Source: Pseudovirgaria hyperparasitica (Eukaryota). Taken from it: a stretch of 64,000 nt of DNA. The notes below the pieces were generated by a model that was not told the DNA's origin, did no database searches, and worked only from the letters and a program-made list of their open reading frames with translations. This document shows, piece by piece, positions 43,601-56,031 of the stretch. Every line of letters begins with the position of its first letter. Positions within the stretch are counted from its first letter, which is position 1. A program made the position numbers and the translations under genes. The stretch is from the NCBI GenBank assembly GCA_010093815.1, contig ML996582.1; one strand, given 5' to 3'.

Positions 43601-44019
43601 GGGACTCTGACGCGCGACTCACGAGCCCGTTCATGGAGACGCTCACTAAGGAGACGCTCACATTGCACCGTGTTCTGAGCAAGCATCTACCCGAGAGCAC
43701 GGTCGGGTCTATAATCCAACCCGTCTTCGAGAGCTATCGTGAGCAGTGGGGTAAGGCATTTGAGGAAGCAGTTGTGACGAGGGCGCGCGGTAAAGCTCGG
43801 TGAGCATTTCTAACGTCATCTTGAGATCCGAGATGGGATTGCTAACCAGCTTGTAGAATGCTCCGCGATGCCCAATTATTTGAGACAAAACTAAGCAGGA
43901 TTGACGGCGTAGGTGATCTGGGCTCTTATATCATTGATATAGTCAATAGCAAGGAGGTCGAGGATGCAGAACCAGCTACTGAAGAAGTTGCGGCTGCCGA
44001 CGACGCTCCAGAGTCATGA
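40606..44019 (+). CDS. VPS54: GARP complex subunit Vps54; introns 40856-40921, 43800-43857
   Basis: LQEKLSWYMDTVEVHL, SSSFFAALGSL, FNSRSCQLILGAGA, NINTKHLALASQAL, HEKLIDIM. Confidence 0.95.
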
Positions 44020-44256
44020 TAGTAGTCTCCCTTGTTGTATACACAGTTTTGCCAAGGTAATGTCAGGTTGGGAATATCAAGCCGGATTGCATATGTAGCG
44101 GTGCATGGAGCCCGGCGCAGTAATTCTCATTTAGTTCATACATTTGCCGAGCGCTTAAGCGAACCCGATCAAAATAGATATATGTACGGCTTTTGGGGGA
44201 TATATGTATCAACAGTATACTACATTTCTGACTCCGCCATTCTATATCGCATCTTG

Positions 44257-46675
44257 TCACTCACTCGCCGCAATCTCCCCCTTCACCCACCCTTCCAGAC
44301 CACCTCTCGCAACTATCGCCTGCACATTGGGCGGCATCGAGCCCACCTTCTTCGTCCACCTCTCGCCGCCCTCGCCCTTGACAACACTAACCTCACTTCG
44401 ACCAACATCCCACTCCAAAACCCAGCCCGTCCGCACCGTCAACTCTTTCGACCCAGCAAATTTGTCCCTTAACATACGCACCAGTTCCGGCACCTCGAGG
44501 CCCAAGAGCGCGTTATTGATACTATTGCGCGAAAAGATATTGCCGAAACTGCCGGCAACAACGAGGGGGATACCGGCGGCGAGAAGGGCGGTAGCGGCCT
44601 GCTCGCGCGAGGAGCCACAGCCAAAGTTGAAGCCGCTGACGAGGATGTCGCCGGGCTTGCAGGTGGCAGCGAAGGCGGGGTCGTAGTTCTCCATGACGAC
44701 GTCGGCCATCTGGGTGCGCGTGATGCCGTCTTGGTATGTGTATTTGCCCGGGTAGATGGCGTCGGTGTTGCAGTTGTCCAGGTTGGCGAAGATGATTTCG
44801 CCCGAGACTTTGGCCGGGAAGCCTTCCAGGACGGCGCCTGTAGCGGCGGGCGCAGGAGTGGGTGAGGTGCTGGATGAGGAGGCTGGGGAGAGAGTTTCCT
44901 CGCCTTGTGCAACGGCAGCTTCGGCCTCGCGCACGAGTTGGTCGAGGGCGTCTTCGATGCTGATCATGCGTTCTTCGGGGGCGATGCCGTCGCCTTCGCC
45001 CATTTGAACCCCCGTGTAGCCCTCGGGTTGAGTGTAGACGCCGGGGCCGGTGATGACGCCTTTGAGCGCAGAGGCGGCGACGACTTCGGGGCTTGCCAGG
45101 TAGGCTTTGGCGTCTGTGCTGCCCATGCGGCCCTTGAAGTTACGGTTGCTGGCGCTGACACCGACTTCGCCGGGCTGCAGGAGGCCTGTTCCGAGACCGA
45201 TGCAAGGTCCGCAACCGGCCGGTAGAGGTTGAGCCCCGGCTTCGATGAGGACTTGCCAGTCGCCTTGCTCTTCAGCAGCTTTCTGCTCTGGAAGAGAGGC
45301 GGCGGCGATGTAGAAGTTGACATGTGAAGGAATCTTTGGGATTGTGCCGTCGGCGCGGGCTGCGGCGTCTTTGAAGACTTTTGCAGCGGCAGCGATATCA
45401 GTACGACGACTGTTTGTGCAGGAGACGAGATATGCGCGGTCGCATTTGATGTTCTGTTGTTCGAGCTCAGCAATAGGGGTTGCTACTTTGACGCTGTTTG
45501 GTCCGGATACGTAGGGTGAGAGGGTGGAAAGGTCGAGGAAAAGCTCCTTTGCATATGTCGCGCCAGGATCGGCTGTCACTGGATTCTCGAATAGCTCGTC
45601 GAGCCTCTGGTGATTGAATCGTTGTGCGGTGGGTTTCGAGGTCTCGTAGAGAGCGGCTTCAGTGGCCTTCGCGCGCAGCCATCCCTGGAGAATGCTATCG
45701 ATGGGGAACAGTCCTGAAAGGGCACCCCATTCTGTGGTCATGTTCGCGATCGTGAGTCTATCGTCCACGGGGATACTTCTCAAAGTTTCTGTGGACCCAG
45801 TGAATTCAATCGCATGGTTGAGAACCTCGTCCTTGGAAAACAAGCCGCATAGAGCTACAATGACGTCCTTTCCTGTGACACCCGTAGGCAGTGTTCCTTT
45901 GAAGTTGATCTTGGCAATTGGTGGTATCTGCCACCACATTTTTCCCGTGGCCCAGATCGCGGCAGCATCTGTCCGTACGACTGGCGTTCCAAGACATCCT
46001 ACGCCTCCGTACATGTTCGTGTGGCTGTCTGACGCTACAGCAAGTGTGCCTGGCCAGGCATACCCTTCCTCGACCATGATCTGATGGCCGATACCCCTTC
46101 CAGCGGGATAGAAGTCAACGCCTTGTGCCTTTGCGAACTCTTCGATCTGTCTGTACTTCTTGAGGTTCGCCTCGCTTTTGTTCTGCACATCATGGTCCAA
46201 GGTCATGACGATCTGCTTGTTGTCCTGAATCTTCGATGCACCAATCGACATGAACTTCAGCGCCACTGGCCATGAGTTGTCATGTGTCATGCATTTCGAC
46301 GGCTGTAGAGTGACATAGTCCCCACTCTGCACGAATTTCCCATCGGGAAGGCCGACGGCGTAGGTCTGTACAATTTTCTCGGTAAGAGTCTGAGGAGGTT
46401 TCGAAGGAGTGGATTGCAAGGTGGAAAGGAACGATGCAGCGCGAGGATCCTCAAGTTGCGAACTGAATGCTGAGAGCTCTAAACGTCGTGAAGTCGAGGA
46501 ATTGTAAGAGCGATAGATAGGCACACGGCTCGACAGCACGTATGCGTGTCGCGCAGTCTGGCGAGGCGCGACCGACTTGAAAGATGTTAGTGGTCGTCAA
46601 GGTAGAGACATCATGAGGACTTACCCGGCCTATCCGCAAACCCAATTGTGCCCTACTTATCCGGAGAGCTGCCAT
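44257..46675 (-). CDS. LYS4: Homoaconitase, mitochondrial (alpha-aminoadipate lysine pathway); intron 46624 to about 46576
   Basis: [65 protein letters not shown]; Arg-rich presequence. Confidence 0.97.
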
Positions 46676-47299
46676 GGCCAATTGTGACAGTATCGCGGAC
46701 GTCGTGTTGTCTTGATGTCGCAAAAAGTTGCGGAGCCGGAGGTGCTCGAGCACTTCCGGGCAGGCTACTCTGACCAATCACAGGCCGTCCATTACTTTTG
46801 TTCCGGCATCGGCATCTGCCTACATGTCGCATCCTACTGCCTGCATATATATAGGGGTACAAGCTGCCAGGCGGATATAACATATGGGCATTGGATGGTC
46901 AAGATGTTCTTGAAGAAGAAATCCCAGTACTACGATCACATTTGTGCACTCGTCGGACTGCGATAATATCACTGAAACAGACAATAGTCCTCGAGCCTTG
47001 CAGCATATTGATTCTGACATGTATTTACAGTTTTCTCTCCTCATCGGACTGCTTAGTACTCTATGCTGTGTAGGCATGTTGTTATCTATTGACCCCGGAA
47101 ACTCGGGTCCATTATAGGTGGATCTAGGCGATGTGGGATGATGGCTCCATCCCTCGGCAACTTGCGGGGTGTTTGAGTCGTGTATACAGTCCCTTTGCCG
47201 AGCACCAACGGCCGGTATCTTTCCGGCCATCTCTTCTCTTGTTCGTAGACAGGGCGTGATATACCCACAGCATTTGCAGGATATAATAACTATCCAAAT

Positions 47300-49565
47300 A
47301 TGGCGGGCTCAGACATCCCAATTCCCCGCAAACTGTGGGAGCATCCGAATCCCAAGGGCACAAAGATGTATAAGTTCATGCAGAATGTGAATCAAAGACG
47401 AAATCTGACTCTCAACGTAAGCTCACGTGTTTTTGCTTAACCATCTAATATGTACTCACCCATATGAATCTTCCCGTTCTCCAGATGAGACGACGCCATC
47501 TCAACAATCGTTATAATCTCACATCCATCAAAGCTGATGTATGCAGAGTTTCAATGATTTGTACTCCTATTCTATCAAGAATCGTGCTTCATTTTGGCAG
47601 GATGTATGGGAGCTTCTTCCTCTGGTACATGAGGGCACGTATACAAAAGTAGTCGACGAGTCGGCTCCCATGGACACCATCCCATACTGGTTTGAAGGTA
47701 CACGCCTCAACTTCGCCGAGAATATCCTATACAATGCCGGATCCGACCACTCGCAGCTCTCAACGAGAGGCAAGGAAGATTCAAAGATTGCATGTACCGA
47801 AGTCCGTGAAGGGGGAACTGAGCTTCGAGATGTTACCTGGGCAGATTTGCGGAAGAGGGTTGGACGCCTGAGCAATGCTCTAAGGGCAAAGGGAGTCAAA
47901 AAAGGAGACAGGATATGTGTCGTGGCGAGTAACTCGGTCGACACTCTGGTCGTATTCTTGGCTACCACAGCCCTGGGTGGTCTATTCAGCAGCTCGAGTA
48001 CTGACATGGGAACTAATGGTATACTCGACCGCCTGTTACAAGTCACGCCAAAGTATGTCTTCATCGACGACTGGACAGTCTACAATGGGAAGACCATCGA
48101 CCTGCGCCCCAAAATGAAGGAGATAGTCGAAGGTATGCAGGGTGTGGAGAACTTTGAGGGCATCATCAGCCAGCCTCGATTCCGGCAGCCAGCAGATATT
48201 GCCTCTGTACCTCAAACGACCACCCTGGAAACCTTCCTGGCTGCCGCTCAAGATAATACTGAACTCACCTTCGAGCGCGTGGCTTTTCGCGACCCCTTTA
48301 TGATCGTCTATTCGTCAGGCACTACCGGCATGCCCAAATGCATCGTCCACTCCGTCGGAGGCGTCCTTCTCAGCTCCCTCAAAGAAGGCCAACTGCACTA
48401 CTCTTATGGCCCGGATACTGTCAAACTCCAATTCACCACCACCGGCTGGATCATGTATCTCTCCGCCGTCGGCTCACTCCTGCACTCCGTCCGCCTCGTC
48501 CTGTATGACGGCTCCCCATTCCAGCCCGATCTCAAGACCTTCATCACCCTCGTCGGCTCCCAACGCGTCACCCACCTCGGCATCTCCCCTCGCTACATGG
48601 CCGAGCTACAAAAAGCCAGCATCGTCCCACGTACCACAACCGATCTCTCCAACCTCCGCCTCGTTACATCCACCGGCATGGTCCTCAGCGACGCTCTCTT
48701 TGAATGGTTCTACGACACCGCCTTCCCGCGCCACGTTCATCTCTGCAATATATCTGGTGGCACCGACCTCGCGGGCTGCTTCGGTATCGGTAACCCCCTG
48801 ACTCCAGTCTACGTCGGGGGCACACAGGGCCCAACACTGGGTCTGCAGGTAGAGGTATACGACCAGACGATCCCGACCGGCAAACGCGGTACCGCGGTCG
48901 AGGATGGAGTGCCAGGTGAGCTCGTCGCGACGACTGCTTTTCCAAACCAGCCAACCACGTTCTGGGGCCAGGGTGGGCACGAGAAGTATCTGAGTAGCTA
49001 CTTCCAGCGTTATCCGCAAGTGTGGGCGCATGGTGATTTCATCGTCAAGCATCCCCAGACGGGCAGTATTACCTTTCTAGGCAGGGCGGACGGAGTGTTG
49101 AATCCGAGTGGGGTGCGGTTTGGGAGTGCGGAGATATACAGCGTGATCGAAGAGCATTTTCCGCAGATTCAGGATAGTATCTGTGTTGGACAGCGGCGGC
49201 CGAGTGATAACGACGAGAGCGTAATGCTGTTTCTGTTGATGCAGCCCGGGCAGAGATTCAGCGAGGAGTTGGTCAGGGAGGTCAAGGTGAAGATTGGAAG
49301 CGAGCGGAGTAAGAGGCATGTGCCAAAGTGGGTGTTTGAGACGCCTGCGATTCCAGTGAGTGGTGTTCACTGAAGCTATAGGGACGTGCGCTGACACTGT
49401 GTGCAGACGACGGTCAATCTCAAGAAAGTCGAGTTGCCCGTCAAGCAGATTGTGTCAGGGCAAATAATCAAGCCTTCTGGGACACTATTAAACCCAGATA
49501 GTCTAAAGTACTATTACCAATTCGCGAAGGTCGAGCAGCTAGGTGCGCCCAAGAGCAAACTATAG
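47300..49565 (+). CDS. Acetoacetyl-CoA synthetase (AMP-binding family) with C-terminal SKL; introns 47417-47546, 49356-49406
   Basis: RKLWEHP, LNFAENIL, YSSGTTGMPKCIVH, FTTTGWIMY, SGGTD, WAHGD, GRADGVLNPSGVRFGSAEIY, NLKKVELPVK. Confidence 0.94.
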
Positions 49566-49779
49566 CCCAAGCCAGCAGCTCGCGCAGGACAGTATAGCAA
49601 TGAACTCTAATATCAGACACCAAAGACACTCCAATACCATCTAAAACATATCTCCTCTCTTCTCACCATCTCTCTACACACCAGCAAAAGATCTCTACCA
49701 CTCAACAGCCCTCCAACGAGCTCAAAAACACCAAAATCCACCAAACCCCAAAAAATGACCAAAAATACAAAACTGTAAC

Positions 49780-49902
49780 CCAATTAGCGAGTGTCGAACC
49801 CGGGGAATTAAAGACCCACACGAATTCACCCTGGGAATTGCACAGAAGCCGTCTAGAACCGCGCTTTTTGGGCAACAACGATAACCACTAGAGCATGGCC
49901 CC
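49780..49902 (-). ncRNA. Degenerate tRNA-like / Pol III unit
   Basis: A box TGCTCTAGTGG(TTA), T-arm CGGG-TTCGACA-CTCG, downstream T-runs; no convincing acceptor or anticodon stem. Confidence 0.35.
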
Positions 49903-50920
49903 GATGTGCGAAATCTATACCATTCGGGGAGACTATATCCAGTGGAAAATACAAACATAAGATGATTGTGGTGTGGAGGGAGGGAGGGAGAGACACGTGG
50001 TTTGCGAGGGACCGTGCGGTGCTGGTGAATAGGGTGAACAGTGTTGTGATGCAAGTGCTGATTGACGTCACGCGTGTTTCTGGCCGCGGTGGTTTTGGCA
50101 GAGCGGTGACTGGCCACTTCTGAGAGATTCGATGGCTGGATAGCTATCTCGAGTCTACTCTGACCTCGCAGCAGAGTCGGTCTACAGCTATACAGCTCTG
50201 GCATGCATAGACACGATTTACACAACATACAATACAGTCCGATTGCACCCACCCTACTTGCTTAGAATGTCACTCAGACGCGTACCTTTCAAGTTATATG
50301 TCCATCAAGCACATATACACAGCATGTCGTCATCGTTCAGTGACGTACACTGCGCTGGCTCACGCCTTTTAAGTTCCACCCTTTACAACTAACTAACTCC
50401 TATTCAAGGTGGAAAATATTCACCAACGGTCTAATAGCGCAGCGTCAGTTCTTGTACGGTAACACATCAAATTTGCGGTGAGTGGTTCCCGCGTGTTTAA
50501 CACCGCCTGGTTCAGGTAGCCGTATGATTTGCAGGTTCTGCGTTTGGTGCTTCGTATCCTAGGATTCTGCTCGTGTTGGCATTGTGTTTGTAATATCTAA
50601 TGCTTCGTGCAAGTCAGTAAGGACATGAACACGACTTTGGAAGAGGTCTGCAATGTTTGAACATATCACCAAACAATTATGCATGACACTACTTCTGGAG
50701 TGGAGAGAGCCTTATCTAACGCAAATCTCAAACACAATGAACATTCCTATAGATCTACGTGTGATGTTGTGAGTGAGGACCTCATACTTCCCGAGCTAGC
50801 ACAAGTTAAGAATACAAAAAGAAGAACACAGCACTTCCTTTCATCCATCGTACAGCCTTCAATCCCCCCCTCCAAAAAAACGCCAAGACATCCAAAAAAG
50901 TCAAGGAAAATCAAAAAAGA

Positions 50921-51047
50921 TCGGGCAACGATGGAATCGAACCACCAGCTATCGGGCTTCGCTCACGGCAGACGCCAGGTGCTCTAAGAGTTGGCTTTTG
51001 GCTATTCTTAAAGGCTGACCCGCTAACCCCCTAGACCATTGCGCCGA
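50921..51047 (-). tRNA. Non-canonical, probably intron-containing tRNA or tRNA-like gene; anticodon ambiguous (TTT, TTA or TAA)
   Basis: A box TGGTCTAGGGG, B box GGTTCGATTCC, T-stem GGTGG/CCATC, terminal stem TCGG(C)GCAA/TTGCCCGA, T6 terminator two bases downstream. Confidence 0.6.
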
Positions 51048-51597
51048 GGATGAAATACATATAGTTTGGGAAGGATATATATGGTGGAAAATTGAATCTT
51101 TTTTCTGGGAATGGGAGAGAGGATAGTTAAGGAGGAGTGAGGGTTTGGGAATGACGTGGAGTTGGTCTGTGCCGCTGCTACTGCTGTTGTTATTGTTGTT
51201 GTTGTTGTTGTTCACTTCACGTGGAGAGTGTGGTTACGCCATAAGGGCTGCTATGTGCGTCTTTTGGGTGGTTAGGTGAGAGCTGGTCGGCGGTTACTTG
51301 TAAATGGAAGAGCGCTTTCAGTGATCTGGTGTATCTAGATCCACAAAACTCGCCCGCCGGCACTCAGGTCAGAGCACATCAGTCTATCGGTGTTTACCCA
51401 CCCAGAGAAGAGAAGAGACAACGGGAGAATTTGTTGTATACAGAGATCATAAGCTCGAGGTTGCAAGACATCACTCAAGGTCTGTCATACTGACCAACAG
51501 TGATAGTAGGAACAGAAGAAAAGAGGGGCATTATCCCTCTGTACACAAAACTACATATAGCACTCTCCCCATCGTAACACCAGACACGACTCTCAGG

Positions 51598-53131
51598 TCA
51601 CTCCCTCCCCTGGATGATATATCGCCAAGAATTCTGCACCCACATCTCAAACTCACGATCCAAGAACTCTGGCTGCGGCGCCATGCCCCTCCACACGTTC
51701 TCCTCTGGTGCAACAACAAAGCGTGCGCCCAGCAGGTGCAATAGCGCCTGCTCACTGCGCGCCTCACGGGCGTTATACGTCGTGAATAGCGCCGGACAGC
51801 CGCTCTCAATGATCATTTTTATGGTATCTCTCCACGCAGTGTCCGCGTCGTCGCCGTCGACATGACCGCTGTTGAACGCGACGACGAGATCCGGCAGGGA
51901 ATAAGAGGTTGTGCTTGCAAAGTCGTGGTAGAGGCCCTTGTACGACGACAGCGAGCGCTGGCGGGACTGCGCGCGGCAGGTGTCGCAGCAAGGGAGGGCG
52001 CCCATTGGTTGGAAGCCAGATGTAGCGGCGTTGTTGAGCCATGCAGCGGGCCCGATGGCGGTGATTGATAGCGAGTTGAGTGCGGGGAGGAGATGTAGGA
52101 TTTCTTCGTAGGTGTTGATGGCAAGGAATTCGCGGCCTGTGGCGCCGAGGAGATGGATGCTTAGGGAGGTCTTTGTGGTCAGGGAGAGGTCTTCGAGCGC
52201 AGCGACGATGGTAAGGGGCATGGTTAGGTTGTCAGATGCTTGGATAAGAAACATGCGTCTGCGCTCCTCGAATTCGTGCTGCTCTGGAGAGAGATTGCAT
52301 GTAGCGGCTGTGAGTCTGCTGAAGTCAGGGGTGATGGAGTCCCTGATCTCGCCTTTGTCAGATATGTTTACGTAGTAGTCGTACCACCCGGAACATGTTT
52401 TCAATAATTTATGTGTGGTTCGAGGGGGTTCTGTACATGTTATCACAGAGGTATCTCCAACGTCTTCAAATAGGCTGATTCTGAACTGTTCTAGGTTGTA
52501 GAATGCTTTGTAGGCATCACACACAGATTGAGGGTGGGTAGCCTGGCACTTGTTGCACGATGAGACCAATCGGCAATCAGCACACGCATCCAAAGCGATA
52601 TCAAGCTGAGCTAGTTGTATGCCGCTCCGATGACAATTGATACAGTAAGGCTGACCTCTAGCTGGAAGTTAGATGGCTTGCATTCCCTGGTATGTATGAA
52701 GCCTTCGAGACATGACTGACTGGACAATGTTGTATGCATCAGCGTGGCCGGCAGCAGCAGAGACCTGGCGTACGATCTTCATCTTCGCACCTAAGCGTCA
52801 GTTTCGGCGGTAGCATATGTTAATGAGGTCGTACCTGGTCGTTGCTGTATTGCTCCCAGCTTCTTTTGTCTTGATAAAAGTCCAGCTCGCACTGATTGGC
52901 TTCTCTCAAAGGCTTACAAAGCTTCTTATGTAGATATGCCCAGTCGAGCTTCTGACATTCCTTGGAGCAGTAGCCTGCTCGCTTGCACCCTAAACATCTG
53001 TAGAGCTTTCCTGGAGGTGGACTGAAGCATCGGAAGCAAGTGAACCCTCTAACAGCACTCACAGGCAGTGCTGGGACACCGACGTGACCCGAGGCGACTA
53101 TCCGCTCGCGCTCTTTACATTTTATAGGCAT
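51598..53131 (-). CDS. MYND zinc-finger protein with MSS51/ZMYND15-like C-terminal domain; 2 introns (52834 to about 52783, 52720-52658)
   Basis: CFRC..CLGCKRAGYCSKECQKLDW..HKKLC; second Cys cluster; LTMPLTI, IHLLGA..E, YHDF..PDLVVAFNSG, FTTYN..E. Confidence 0.88.
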
Positions 53132-53456
53132 CGATGTGAATTCTGACGAGTCTAAAGATGTTGCTGTCAAGGTTGTAGGAGTGAAGATGGATGTTCAACC
53201 CAATGCTCCGCCACGCTAAACAGTCACTACATAAGGACCCTTGGCTAGGCCCCTCGCGGTTTAGCTCTGTTGAGGCAAAGAAGCGATATCTCAACCCGAT
53301 GCGTCAATACAAAGCAGCATTATGATAGGCATATGGTGCATTCTTGGATCTTGATTGGCATTAAAGTCTCGCTATATATGACCACATAATACTATGCATT
53401 TTGTACACTCTGGTGCGACACATAAAATCCACAGGTCTGATATCCAAGAAGCAATT

Positions 53457-55328
53457 CTATTGCATTCGAGGGGCACGACCATTGTAGTTGATCCCGGGCG
53501 ACGCAGTGTAGTTTGCGAAGCAGTCATAGTTGAAGTCGATCTCAGCTGAACGCTTCTGTAGGACCGAAACCACGTTATCAAATGAGCACATCCCATGCGC
53601 ATCTGCGGGGCAGCCAGGGTAGGAGGCATTTATTGGAATCACGGCATCATTGCTATTACAGTGATTAGTTTTGGAATAGCTAGAGCGGACACATTCGAAG
53701 ATACGTACACAATAAACCTTATTTGCTTCGTCGGCTGGTATGCCGGGCACGAAAGGACCTGCGCCGTGAAGTGGGTAGCGAACGGCACCAGCTTACTTGC
53801 GCCAAAGGTGTTTTGCTGGCGATTACCTGCAGGGCTAAGAGGAGGACCATCGAACAACGCCGTCAGATTGAAAGCGGTTAGGGTGTCAAGAACGACGACT
53901 TCGTGGGTGGCGTCGGCATAGATGGATTGATTGAGAGGAAAGTACGTTGAAGAATTGTCAAAAGTCTCGTTGAGAGCGGACATTGGCCTGGGATATGTTT
54001 GCGTAAAGCGACCGATGTATTCATCGAGATAACCTTTGCCCTGAGCTGCAGAGACAGGAGAACCTGGTCCGTTGTTGTAGTAAAAGGACAAATCGTAGTA
54101 GTACTCGTAATTCAAGAAGTCCTGTTGGCTGAACAGCTTGCAAAAGGCCGAGTAGCCCAGCGCATGAGTTTCGTATGCACAAAGAGAAAGCATATTGATG
54201 ATATCTGAAGACGTGAAGTTGATGCCGGAGACCTGTACACATGCGTGAGCAATGATAGACCCTGTAGGCTTTGATAACTATAGATACCTGAGATTGGAGG
54301 CGCGCGATGGTCGCGTTGAAGGCATTAGCAGCGAATTGGTTCGCCACAGTGTTGCCAATGCTTCCTCGACCAGCTACATTGGAATTGGTGCAGATCTCAT
54401 ACGGCGCTCCTGAATTGTTGAGGCCTGGGGTCTCGACCAGAATCTCAATGCTGACCTCGTCGAGGTACTCAGGGACGCCAAAGAAGCCAGCAGCGAAATT
54501 TTCTGCCGTCTTCACCATGCGATCCTGGCTCTGGGTGCGAAACACTGGGAGTGCACCCTGTGCAGTGAAGTTGTTCAGGAGATGACCATAGAGCTCCCTG
54601 CCATGATCAGCATTGATTTATCAGAAGCCTGGAGAATAATAAACCTGTATGTAACACCCAGCATAAAGTTCTGACTGCGACCGAACGGCGTCAGCAGCTC
54701 AGCTCCGAGTTTGTAGGTCCAATCGGCCAAGAAAGCCAACTCCCCAGAAGCCGTAAGACCTGTCTTGGTTGCATTCACGATTCTCTGTGAGAAAGTACTG
54801 GGACCGGCACCACTAGTTGGGTATCGTGCGCCGTGGCGATAGAGGAGATGCACCTGGGTGATATCACAACCCTCCGGAGCAAGCGGGCTCGCATCGGGCA
54901 GACCATAGTCGGCAGAGCGCAGGCTGTACCATGGCGAAAGGTTGCCCCAGTACTTTGTGATATCGAAGCTGTCCTGAGCAGCAGTCTTGCCGTGAGGCTG
55001 AGGAGCGATCAATGGGAATTGATGGGCATCGCCTTCGTTATATGGGTAAGAGGGAGCAGTCTGCGCCGCATTTGGCTCTGCACCTGTCGGAGTCGGGCCC
55101 GGGTAGCCAACAATGGACTCAGGCGGGAAGAGTTGAGAATCTACATGTGCTGCAAAAAGTCAGAAGCTGCAAAAGGCTAACGAGGACATCTCATAGCTAC
55201 ATACTTCCCGAAGCTGGATATTCGTCGGTGGAGGTGTGACCGGCATATGAGGCCGCAGAGATGGCTGCAGCTGCTTGTGCATGGCTTGCAAGCAGGACGA
55301 GCAGGGCCGGAGTCAATTGGGACTTCAT
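53457..55328 (-). CDS. Secreted histidine acid phosphatase / 3-phytase-like; 4 introns
   Basis: Signal peptide MKSQLTPALLVLLASHAQA; WGNLSPW; RHGARYP catalytic motif; LCAYET; ADATHE; VPFA. Confidence 0.93.
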
Positions 55329-56031
55329 CTTGACGTCGACGGCGTATTGTGGCCAGCCAGTCCGGATGCGACACCAAAGCTTGAAGCGACTTGGCAAATG
55401 CTTGAGCGAGAGCAGGTAGCTTCACCTCTATGGACGGCTGGGCATGAGTATATATTTATACACTGGGTATACAACAAACCTACGCAGAAATGGAAAAACA
55501 GTAGCCTATCACACACTTCTGTCGCTACATGTGCTAGGCACGCGGCTGATTCATAATGGGAGGATGGAAGGATGGAAGCTTTGGCTGTAGCGTTGTCTAC
55601 TTAACTTACTGTGGTTTGGCGTCTACATGGATGGATCCATTTTATTCAGACCCGTCAAGAGCTTTGATCATCAGTGTCAAGTCGTCAACATCATCTGTTT
55701 GTGTGAAGCGCTCGCTGGATGAGGGGTATAGACTTCAAGCAATTCAGCAATCTTCTCACGAGTAATCTCGCAAGCCAACAGCTCGCAAACAGCAGCCTGG
55801 CGCGAGGGATATCGCAACCTCGTAAGCAACTGGACATCGCCGGACAGTCCATCAGCACCACAATCAATCTGGAGATTGGAAGCTTGCCTGGGCCGCAACG
55901 TTGTGACAAGAGTCGTGTTGATCCCACGTGTGCAAGGTCGCGTCGTATAGTGACACAGAACACAAGGGGAATATGCATCATGACATCGTTCATTCGAGTC
56001 AGCAATGTGTCGAGGAGGTCTGAATCTAGCA

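Noticed and set aside
50420..50525. Possible third tRNA-like element on the plus strand (CGGTCTAATAG ... GGTTCAGG)
   Set aside because: Boxes deviate from consensus; no T-stem, no terminator, different spacing
50921..51047. Selenocysteine tRNA interpretation
   Set aside because: Extended terminal stem is suggestive, but there is no TCA anticodon in a loop and Sec machinery is not known in ascomycetes
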